A stretch of DNA of 64,000 bases, taken from IMG/VR virus record IMGVR_UViG_3300028416_000004, positions 124,001-188,000 of that record; one strand, given 5' to 3'. Below the pieces are notes generated by a model. It had not been told where the DNA came from. It ran no database searches and was given only the letters and a program-made list of their open reading frames with translations. Positions 56,738-64,000 of the stretch are shown here, piece by piece; the first letter of the stretch is position 1, and the number at the start of each line of letters is the position of its first letter. A program made the translations under genes and the position numbers.

Positions 56738-57568
56738 ATGTTAAAGTATAAAATAGTAATAAAACCAGTAAATCTATCAGATGCTACAATAGAAAATAAC
56801 TTTAGCGTTACAAATGGTTATTTAGTTTATGATAATTCTAAAGTTGAACAAGGAGTTTTGGTTGATGAGTTTAATGTTCAACAATTTTTAGAAGACCCCA
56901 ACAATTCTGTTGTTGTCGAAAAATTCAAAAAATACCTTAGAGAATATACTAATGAATTAGAATTTAATGAAATATTTTATAAACCAAAAAAAGTAGCTCC
57001 AATACTTAATGATTTTTATAATGAAGAAATTAGATTTAACTCTGAAGCAAATCCAGCATTAATAACTGATGCAATAAAAGATACAGAGGTTATATATTAT
57101 CAAAATAATAATTACGACTTTTTAAGTAATCAAAGAATGTCTTTTGAAAATAAATCTTTATTATTTGAGTCTTTAAGTGCTAATACAGAATATAAAGATT
57201 ACTATATTGATTTTAAAGTTGATTTAAATAAAAGCCTTATAGGCAATAATGATTATTCAAATTATATCAAAGATTATAAGGAAGATGATATTGTCTATAA
57301 AAATTCTTTTGTAAATTTAAATGATAAAGTTAATCCATTTGAGTTTTGGACAAATGAAAAAAATACAAAAAAATGGATTACAAGTCCAGAAAATACTGAA
57401 GAAATAAGAGTTCAAGATTTTGAAAATATAGCTTTAAAATTCGAACAACAAGCAGAAGCTGTAAAAGACAAGAATAGCATCGAATTTGCAACTCTAAATA
57501 ACAAAGCAATACAAGCTAGAAAAGTTGCTGATTTAGAAAGAGCTAAATTGAATAGAAAAACAAATTAA
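56738..57568 (+). CDS. Hypothetical (likely virion) protein
   Basis: 276 aa in the structural operon; MLKYKI start resembles YQYKI of the previous gene. Confidence 0.55.
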   Translation: MLKYKIVIKPVNLSDATIENNFSVTNGYLVYDNSKVEQGVLVDEFNVQQFLEDPNNSVVVEKFKKYLREYTNELEFNEIFYKPKKVAPILNDFYNEEIRFNSEANPALITDAIKDTEVIYYQNNNYDFLSNQRMSFENKSLLFESLSANTEYKDYYIDFKVDLNKSLIGNNDYSNYIKDYKEDDIVYKNSFVNLNDKVNPFEFWTNEKNTKKWITSPENTEEIRVQDFENIALKFEQQAEAVKDKNSIEFATLNNKAIQARKVADLERAKLNRKTN

Positions 57569-57628
57569 CAATTTAATAAAACTTTAAAAATATTTTTAAT
57601 TTATTATATTTATATTAAACGATAATTT

Positions 57629-58507
57629 ATGAGTGTAGGTATATACGGTACGAAAAAGTTGGCAGACATAACATCAGATGATGTAGATGTTTTATATGCA
57701 TATAGTCCTAGTAGAGAAGATTTAGGAGAAGTTACTTTTAAACCTTTATATAATGCTATTAATGAAAGTGATTTACTTAAAATGATTGGAGTTGATGGTA
57801 TGTATAAGTTAAGATTGCCTGCCGATATTTTTAATAAAATAGGTTTTTACTCCTTAATGATAAAACCTAAAACTTTTCAAGTTACAATAAGAGATTGTTC
57901 ATATGTAGTTACAGAAGATGAGACTGGTGTGCAATTATCCAAAAAAGGTGTAGTTATACCTGCGGCACAATTTAGAAAAACTAATGGACTAGTTGGTTGG
58001 TCTGTTGAATATATAGGTGCTGATGGGAGAAAGATAAAAAATTTAAATAGAATAATAACAAGTAGCGATTTAGTAAGTCCTTCTGTAAATACAACAACTG
58101 TTAATAGGGGTGCTACAACTTATAATTTAGATAGCACTGGAAGTAATTTATTTTTAACCTTAACGCCTGATGAAGGAAGTATAGTTTCTGGGGGTGGTGC
58201 AGCTAATTTAGGAGATGCTGGACAGGTTATTTTATTGTCTAACACTTATTTTGACCCTATTTCAATAGAAGTTGAAATGGTAGAACATGATGTTCAAACT
58301 TTATCTTATGCTCTTTATGGTAATACCACTAGAGATAATGAAACTGGTACATTAACATATTATGATGAAAATAATAATATTTATAGACAATATAATTTAT
58401 TTACACAGAAAAAACAGTTCTCTCAAGGTAGTATAGATATTCGTCAAATAAGAGACAATATAAATTTCAATCAAGATTTTCAAACAATAACTCAAGGTTT
58501 AAAATAA
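57629..58507 (+). CDS. Putative virion structural protein
   Basis: G.YGT, GMYKLRLPA..FN.IG.Y, NTYFDPI.IEVEMVEHD, YRQYNL; late-type motif upstream. Confidence 0.55.
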   Translation: MSVGIYGTKKLADITSDDVDVLYAYSPSREDLGEVTFKPLYNAINESDLLKMIGVDGMYKLRLPADIFNKIGFYSLMIKPKTFQVTIRDCSYVVTEDETGVQLSKKGVVIPAAQFRKTNGLVGWSVEYIGADGRKIKNLNRIITSSDLVSPSVNTTTVNRGATTYNLDSTGSNLFLTLTPDEGSIVSGGGAANLGDAGQVILLSNTYFDPISIEVEMVEHDVQTLSYALYGNTTRDNETGTLTYYDENNNIYRQYNLFTQKKQFSQGSIDIRQIRDNINFNQDFQTITQGLK

Positions 58508-58551
58508 AATATTTTTTTTCTTTTTAAGAATATATTTTAATATTTATATAT

Positions 58552-59187
58552 ATGAAAAAGAAAGTTAAAAAGTTAGAATTAAAAAAATTGATTCAAGAGT
58601 ATAATTATTTGTTGACAGATGAAACTTATAAACAAGAAGTTGTTTCTGAAACTAAATCTGATTTCCTTAAAGAAGTTCATAATAAAAGAGTTGATTTAGG
58701 TTTAATAAAAGATGAACCGTACACTCCAGAAAATGATAACAATAACAATAAAAAGGAAGAAGGAAGTAAAGGTGAAGAAGGGAATGAAGCAGAAGATAAT
58801 AAACAAAACTCTAATAGTGAAGACGAAATAACAAATGATTCAAACAAAAAAGAAAAATCACCTAAAGTTAAAAAAATATACAGAGAAATTGTAAAAAAAA
58901 CCCACCCAGACAAAGACAAAACAGAAAAGTATATAGATTTATATAAAGAAGCAACTTCTGCATATGAAAAAAACGATATAGTAGCCCTAATATTTATTTG
59001 TTCTAAATTAGATATTGAAATTGATTTAGAAGAAGATGATATAGGAAGTATAACTTTAGCAATTAAAGAAAAGAAAAAAGAACTACAAAATATAGAAATG
59101 TCTTATTTGTGGTTATGGTATAATTCTAAAACACAAGAACAAAGAGATAAAGTGGTAGAATTGTTTATAAGTAAAAATGTCAAATAA
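58552..59187 (+). CDS. J-domain (DnaJ-type) co-chaperone
   Basis: VKKIYREIVKKTHPDK...LYKEATSAYE with an intact HPD. Confidence 0.75.
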   Translation: MKKKVKKLELKKLIQEYNYLLTDETYKQEVVSETKSDFLKEVHNKRVDLGLIKDEPYTPENDNNNNKKEEGSKGEEGNEAEDNKQNSNSEDEITNDSNKKEKSPKVKKIYREIVKKTHPDKDKTEKYIDLYKEATSAYEKNDIVALIFICSKLDIEIDLEEDDIGSITLAIKEKKKELQNIEMSYLWLWYNSKTQEQRDKVVELFISKNVK

Positions 59188-59244
59188 AAAATTGCATCAT
59201 ACTTTATTATAAATAAATCATAATATTTATAATAAAAAATTATT

Positions 59245-59982
59245 ATGGCTTTATTAAATTTTATTATGGTGGTATTACCACCTGTTGTTTATAGTGGAAT
59301 AATCTATTTAACATCACCATACAAATCTATCAGCTTGACTAAATCATTACAATATCTAATTGGAGGTATTTTATCTATACCTTTAGTGATGTTATTTAAT
59401 TTACTATTACCTTATAAATCAGACTTATTAACCAGTCCATTTGTTTTCTGCTTTTTCGAAGTTGCACCACATGAAGAAATATCTAAATTATTAGTTTATT
59501 TTATTATATATAAAATAATGGATAAACAAAAATCAAAACACCCAATAGGTACAATGTTTTATATGGGAATGGTTGGTCTAGGCTTTGCTATGATTGAAAA
59601 TGTACAATACTTATGTAGGTTTGGCGAAAAAATATTATTTATAAGAAACTTTACATCAACATTTGCTCATATGATATTCGGTATGTTTACAGGTTATTGG
59701 ATATCTTTAAGTAAAATTAAAATAAATAAATATAGCACTAGGTCTGTATTTGATATTGTTATGTCTAGTAAACAAAAAATTAGGTTTTTTGTGTATGTGA
59801 TGATTGGTTTAATGTGTGGTATTGGTTATCATGGGTTATGGAATTATAATTTAACTGTTTCAGGCAAATCAGCACCATCAATAATGATTTTAATGTTGTT
59901 TATAGGTTTAATTAGTTCAAAGTTTGCTTCAAACAATCTTAGAAACAAAAAAAATATAAATCAAGAAAATGAATATAATTAA
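59245..59982 (+). CDS. PrsW-family intramembrane metalloprotease
   Basis: APHEEISK, GLGFAMIEN, FAHMIF, HGLWN motifs; multiple TM helices. Confidence 0.88.
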   Translation: MALLNFIMVVLPPVVYSGIIYLTSPYKSISLTKSLQYLIGGILSIPLVMLFNLLLPYKSDLLTSPFVFCFFEVAPHEEISKLLVYFIIYKIMDKQKSKHPIGTMFYMGMVGLGFAMIENVQYLCRFGEKILFIRNFTSTFAHMIFGMFTGYWISLSKIKINKYSTRSVFDIVMSSKQKIRFFVYVMIGLMCGIGYHGLWNYNLTVSGKSAPSIMILMLFIGLISSKFASNNLRNKKNINQENEYN

Positions 59983-60008
59983 ATAACTATAAAGCCAAAA
60001 AATAAATT

Positions 60009-60569
60009 ATGGAAAATTTAGAACAAATTTTAAATGAAATATATAACCAAACACCATATTTAGAGTATCAAAATAAAACAGAATTTAAAAAAGAATACCC
60101 AGCAACATATGGTGAAGTAACAAAACAATCCACAAATGCTATTGTAAACCAATTCAAAAAACACTTCAATCAAGATACAATATTTTATGACTTAGGTTGT
60201 GGGTTAGGAAAAATGGTAATACATGTTGCTTTACAATATAACCCTAAAAAATCTTGTGGTATTGAGTTATCAAAAGAAAGAATAAAGGGAGCAAATGATT
60301 TAAAAGAAAAACATTGTAAAGACAATAAAATTATTTCTTTTATTGAGGGTGATTTCTTTGATAATAATTTTAGTGATGCTACCGTTATTTATGTAGATAA
60401 CACCGCTATGTCACATGATATTACAAAAAAGATTATTGATAACTTATCGAAAGGTTGTTTATTTATTTGTAGAAAAAAACCACATTTTATTGAAACTGAG
60501 GAACTTAGTGCAGATAGATTTAAAACTGGGTATAAAAAACCAGATATACATTTTTTAATAAAAGAATAA
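60009..60569 (+). CDS. DOT1-like class I SAM methyltransferase
   Basis: TYGEV, FYDLGCGLGKMV, GIELS..R, GDFF, ATVIY.DN. Confidence 0.78.
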   Translation: MENLEQILNEIYNQTPYLEYQNKTEFKKEYPATYGEVTKQSTNAIVNQFKKHFNQDTIFYDLGCGLGKMVIHVALQYNPKKSCGIELSKERIKGANDLKEKHCKDNKIISFIEGDFFDNNFSDATVIYVDNTAMSHDITKKIIDNLSKGCLFICRKKPHFIETEELSADRFKTGYKKPDIHFLIKE

Positions 60570-60575
60570 AAAAAT

Positions 60576-61421
60576 ATGAAAGATTTAATAAAACTTTATG
60601 AAAACTTTTGTTTTTTAAAGGAAATCCCTTTTAAATTAGATGATAGTGTTAATAGTTATGATGACACAACTCTTTTTTGTCCAGCTGGTATGCAACAATT
60701 TAAAGACAAATTTAAAAATCCTGATAACACCACAATAGCAAATATACAATCTTGTATTAGGTTAAATGATTTAGAAGAAATCGGTGATGGTACCCATATG
60801 TTACACTTTAGAATGATTGGTTTGTTTTCTTTCGGTAAAATGACACTTAATGAGGCTGTTGATTTTTGGGTGGATTTTATTAAAGACTTCTTAGGTATAA
60901 AGATTGATTATGTTACTATTCACCCAGATAAATTTGATACTTGGAAATGGTTATATGAACGTCATAAAATACCAATTAAATTAGATAGTGAATGTATTTG
61001 GTCAGATGGTGAAATGGGTGGTTATTGCACCGAGTTTTATCATGATGATGTTGAAATTGGTAATATCGTAAATACAATGGATAAGTTTATTGATGTTGGT
61101 TTTGGATTCTCTAGAATTAATGATATTATTAATGGTAAGAACGAATTAACAAAAAATGATATATTGAGTGATGCTATCAATAAGATTATTGAAGCTGGTT
61201 TTAAACCTGGTCCACAAAAACAAGGATACGTGCTTAGGAGACTTTTAAGGCAACTTTATAAGGGTGGTGGTAGTATTGAACATCCATTCTTCACAAAAGA
61301 GGTTGAGAGACAAGAAAAGGCTAAAGTAAGATATGAAAGGCTTAAAATTAAACATCGTGACAAACCAAAAGAATGGTGGTTTGATACACATGGAATTGAT
61401 TTAGATGAAATGGAGGATTAA
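60576..61421 (+). CDS. Miniature alanyl-tRNA synthetase-like protein (catalytic core only)
   Basis: TTLFCPAGMQQFK, QSCIRLNDLEEIGDGTH..F.M.G.FSF, EIGNIV, IDVGFGFSRI, GYVLRRLLR, FDTHG; only 281 aa. Confidence 0.85.
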   Translation: MKDLIKLYENFCFLKEIPFKLDDSVNSYDDTTLFCPAGMQQFKDKFKNPDNTTIANIQSCIRLNDLEEIGDGTHMLHFRMIGLFSFGKMTLNEAVDFWVDFIKDFLGIKIDYVTIHPDKFDTWKWLYERHKIPIKLDSECIWSDGEMGGYCTEFYHDDVEIGNIVNTMDKFIDVGFGFSRINDIINGKNELTKNDILSDAINKIIEAGFKPGPQKQGYVLRRLLRQLYKGGGSIEHPFFTKEVERQEKAKVRYERLKIKHRDKPKEWWFDTHGIDLDEMED

Positions 61422-61439
61422 AAACCCTCCATTTTTTTT
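61408..61439 (+). terminator. Intrinsic terminator
   Basis: AAATGGAGG...CCTCCA followed by T8. Confidence 0.7.
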
Positions 61440-61440
61440 A

Positions 61441-62661
61441 TTATAACAAATTAAAATAGTTGTTTGTAGTAGGGTCGTATTTTAATTCAGAACTATTTCC
61501 ACCATTAAATAAATTATGGATTAATTTATCGTATGTTTTTGATATTAATGGGTTTGATACATGATATCTCCATAAAGATTGTTTATTACGTTCCTTATAG
61601 TATTCCAGATTTTTATCGTGGTTTTCCAATATCCAGTTTAACATTTCACCACCTTTTCTTGAATCTGAGTTTTCATAATAATAACCTATATCTTTACACA
61701 TTGGTGCGTTATGTAATACAGGATAACCCATATACGCAACATCCAAATAAAGATAGTTTAATGGGTTCATAATTTGATGAGAAACAACAATATCCAAAAA
61801 CTGAGATACAACATAAGAAGTTTGATATCTATGTTCCATTGTTACTTTTTTGTCCTTATATAAGTCCAAACTTTTAATAATTGATATGAATGGTGGATTT
61901 TTATCCAAACCACCTTTTTCGTGTTTTCCGTTTGTTATCATCAACTTATCAATCTTATTTTTACCAATTTCTGTACGATAAGATTCTTCTGCAATTAAAG
62001 TTGGTATAACAGCGGTTTTAACCATATTTAAGTTTGGTTCCATAATACCAATAACCTTCTTTTCTTTTGTTGGGTCGTATCTATGGTCTTTTTTATATTT
62101 TCCTTCTTTGCTTAATTTATTGATTGAGTTTAGGGATGAATCCAAGAAACTATTATCCCATAAGAAAGGTACACTTATTGCGTTTGTTCTATAAAGTGTT
62201 TTAAAGTAACCACTATTATTATAATCTTGTTGTGGCACATACCAAACTTCATCAACACCTTCATCAACAATATGTGGCTTTCCTTCTTTAAATAACATCT
62301 CTTCAATGAATAAAACATAATTGTTACCACACTTATAATTAATAACTTTATTGGTTGGTTTTTGTTTCTTAAAATCTTTAATTGTTTCGTTTGATATTTG
62401 TGCTCCCATGGATATAATTAAATCCATTTCTCTGTATTTATCTTTTAATAACGAAACATTAATTCCATCGAAGTGTTTTGGTGGGTTATTTAAATCAATA
62501 TCCAACGTATTCAATAAATAAATTTGATAATTCTTTTTTGATTTTTTTAATAGGTTAATCATCATAAGGATGTTTAGTTTCATCCCATTTGTCCACATTG
62601 ATTCTTTTATATCGTTTAATGCTATGGTAATACCTATTTTTATATTTTCTGTATCCATCAT
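61441..62661 (-). CDS. DUF2827-family (glycosyltransferase-like) protein
   Basis: IGIT...SMWTNG, YKCGN.Y, VW..PQ, VPFLW, IMEPN...VK, DIVVSHQ..NPLNYLY.D....GYPVLHNA. Confidence 0.75.
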   Translation of the reverse strand: MMDTENIKIGITIALNDIKESMWTNGMKLNILMMINLLKKSKKNYQIYLLNTLDIDLNNPPKHFDGINVSLLKDKYREMDLIISMGAQISNETIKDFKKQKPTNKVINYKCGNNYVLFIEEMLFKEGKPHIVDEGVDEVWYVPQQDYNNSGYFKTLYRTNAISVPFLWDNSFLDSSLNSINKLSKEGKYKKDHRYDPTKEKKVIGIMEPNLNMVKTAVIPTLIAEESYRTEIGKNKIDKLMITNGKHEKGGLDKNPPFISIIKSLDLYKDKKVTMEHRYQTSYVVSQFLDIVVSHQIMNPLNYLYLDVAYMGYPVLHNAPMCKDIGYYYENSDSRKGGEMLNWILENHDKNLEYYKERNKQSLWRYHVSNPLISKTYDKLIHNLFNGGNSSELKYDPTTNNYFNLL

Positions 62662-62894
62662 ACTATTCTTGGTTTTTTTGTGTTTTTATAGATATCAGAG
62701 TTAAATTTCTTCAAGTCATCTAATGAAATATTTAGTTTTTTTCTCCACTTTGTTATAACGTGTTCGTAACCATTATTATATAACTCACATTCTTCTAAAA
62801 CTGGGTTATCAACACCTACTTCATCTATATCATAAGATGGGTCCGAAATTAAATATAAATCTCTTGTTATCTTATAATAAATATCTTTTTCCAT
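62658..62894 (-). CDS. Hypothetical protein
   Basis: 78 aa; 4-nt overlap with the DUF2827 gene. Confidence 0.55.
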   Translation of the reverse strand: MEKDIYYKITRDLYLISDPSYDIDEVGVDNPVLEECELYNNGYEHVITKWRKKLNISLDDLKKFNSDIYKNTKKPRIV

Positions 62895-62929
62895 AACTTT
62901 TAAACCTTTAAAAATAAATATAAGGGAAT

Positions 62930-62960
62930 AAAAAAAGGTCTAAATAATTTTAGACCTTTT
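62930..62960 (-). terminator. Intrinsic terminator
   Basis: AAAAGGTCTAAA-TAAT-TTTAGACCTTTT inverted repeat with a T-run on the minus strand. Confidence 0.75.
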
Positions 62961-62979
62961 ATATTGTTTTTTTTATTTA

Positions 62980-63666
62980 TTATAATCCAAATCTTCCTTT
63001 GGTTGTGTTATAATTTTGTAATACTTCACTATCTGTTAACGCTCTATTGTAAATTAAAGTATTACCAATTTTTTTATCACTAGCAACATAACTACCACCT
63101 GGATAACTATTAATAGATATACCTTGTGTTGTTTGTGCTTGACTACTAGAATTAGAAGACCCAAACAAAACTCCATTATGATATAGTGATACTGTAGATG
63201 TACCATTATAAGTACCAACTATATTGTGCCAATTACCATCTTCTAAATCTGTTTTTAATATTTTAGGGGTTGCAGTACCATAAAAAAACTGTATACCACT
63301 ATTCTCATAAAACCAGTATGTTCTAGAGTTAATACCTAAACCCTTACTTAATAAAACTTTATTATTAGATAATAAATTGAATTTAACCCACATAGAAACT
63401 GAAACAGAGATGGTATTTAAAGAATCTGAATTTGATATTGAAACATAATCATTCACACCATCAAATGACACAATTCCTCCATTATCAGTTAAGTATGTTA
63501 CACCATTGGTTAATGTACCATCATTATTATTTGATGTTAAATCATTCCAAATAGTACCTGTACCTGGATATGATAATGTATTTCCTGCATCTAAATGTAA
63601 CACTAACCCATCTGTTATTATATTTGATGTTTGTCTTGGTCTCACCCCTACTCTTGTTTGTGCCAT
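62980..63666 (-). CDS. LamG/concanavalin A-like lectin-domain virion protein
   Basis: GLVLHLDAG..SYPGTGT.W.DL, FDGVNDY, WHNIVGTY, IYNRALT..EV.QNY. Confidence 0.88.
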   Translation of the reverse strand: MAQTRVGVRPRQTSNIITDGLVLHLDAGNTLSYPGTGTIWNDLTSNNNDGTLTNGVTYLTDNGGIVSFDGVNDYVSISNSDSLNTISVSVSMWVKFNLLSNNKVLLSKGLGINSRTYWFYENSGIQFFYGTATPKILKTDLEDGNWHNIVGTYNGTSTVSLYHNGVLFGSSNSSSQAQTTQGISINSYPGGSYVASDKKIGNTLIYNRALTDSEVLQNYNTTKGRFGL

Positions 63667-63689
63667 AATATTTTGTTTTTTAATTTATA

Positions 63690-63998
63690 TTATTTTTGTT
63701 TTCCGTTTCCTGAATTGTATAGTTGTGATACTTCTGTTGGTGTTAGTTCTCTGTTCCAAATACCTATTTCATCCATATTACCATTTAAGAATTGACTAGA
63801 TGTTCTCCTACTTAATATAAAACCATTTACAAAACCCAAAGATGTACAATCAGTGAATGTTGTTGTACCAGCAGAAATTAAATTACCATCCATATACATA
63901 TTTAATAATTTAGTTGACTCATTCCAAGCGAAAGCAACATGTCTCCAAACATTATTACCTATAGTTAAACTTTGTGATAAATAACCCCCATTTGTTTT
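63690..63998 (-). CDS. LamG-domain protein (partial, begins beyond window end)
   Basis: The frame is open to the edge: ..NNVWRHVAFAWN...MYMDG...NGNMDEIGIWNRELTPTEVSQLYNSG. Confidence 0.85.
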   Translation of the reverse strand, partial: KTNGGYLSQSLTIGNNVWRHVAFAWNESTKLLNMYMDGNLISAGTTTFTDCTSLGFVNGFILSRRTSSQFLNGNMDEIGIWNRELTPTEVSQLYNSGNGKQK

Positions 63999-64000
63999 GA

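Noticed and set aside
1916-63799. Other short overlapping ORFs in the track (e.g. 1916..2125, 4643..4837, 14596..14913, 16046..16393, 31293..31865, 41672..41995, 48432..48689, 63506..63799)
   Set aside because: They overlap well-supported genes in another frame or strand and have no recognisable motifs.
1-64000. Stop-codon reassignment as seen in some large phages
   Set aside because: Core genes are full length in the standard code, TAG ends genes cleanly (5101, 42602, 56396), coding density is high, and no suppressor tRNA was seen.

Overview
A 64-kb segment of a large, very AT-rich T4-like (contractile-tailed) bacteriophage genome, read in the standard genetic code. The host is most likely in Bacteroidota, judged from TTG-N20-TAnnTTTG-like promoters, no Shine-Dalgarno sites, and DUF2061 next to cysC. 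The window holds most of the virion morphogenesis genes: major capsid, scaffold, prohead protease, neck, tail terminator, sheath, tube, baseplate gp5/gp6/gp25-like and fibre/LamG proteins. Portal and large terminase are not in the window. Interleaved accessory genes include three tRNAs with DHFR and GlnRS, thioredoxin, PhoH, a T5 A1-like nuclease, a gp55-like late sigma factor, a Hef-like endonuclease, a J-domain protein, a PrsW protease, a DOT1-like methyltransferase and a miniature AlaRS. The most striking content is about ten glycosyltransferases plus a sulfotransferase/CysC/nucleotidyltransferase/DUF2061 module. A [ST]-[GA]-x-[ST] motif recurs in surface-exposed virion proteins and is absent from internal ones. 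Together these suggest a phage-encoded virion glycosylation and sulfation system with its own acceptor sequon. Three promoter classes are visible: host-type, ECF-type, and a late TATTTAT motif that is the reverse complement of the T4 late promoter. All family calls come from motif recognition by eye; no searches were run.
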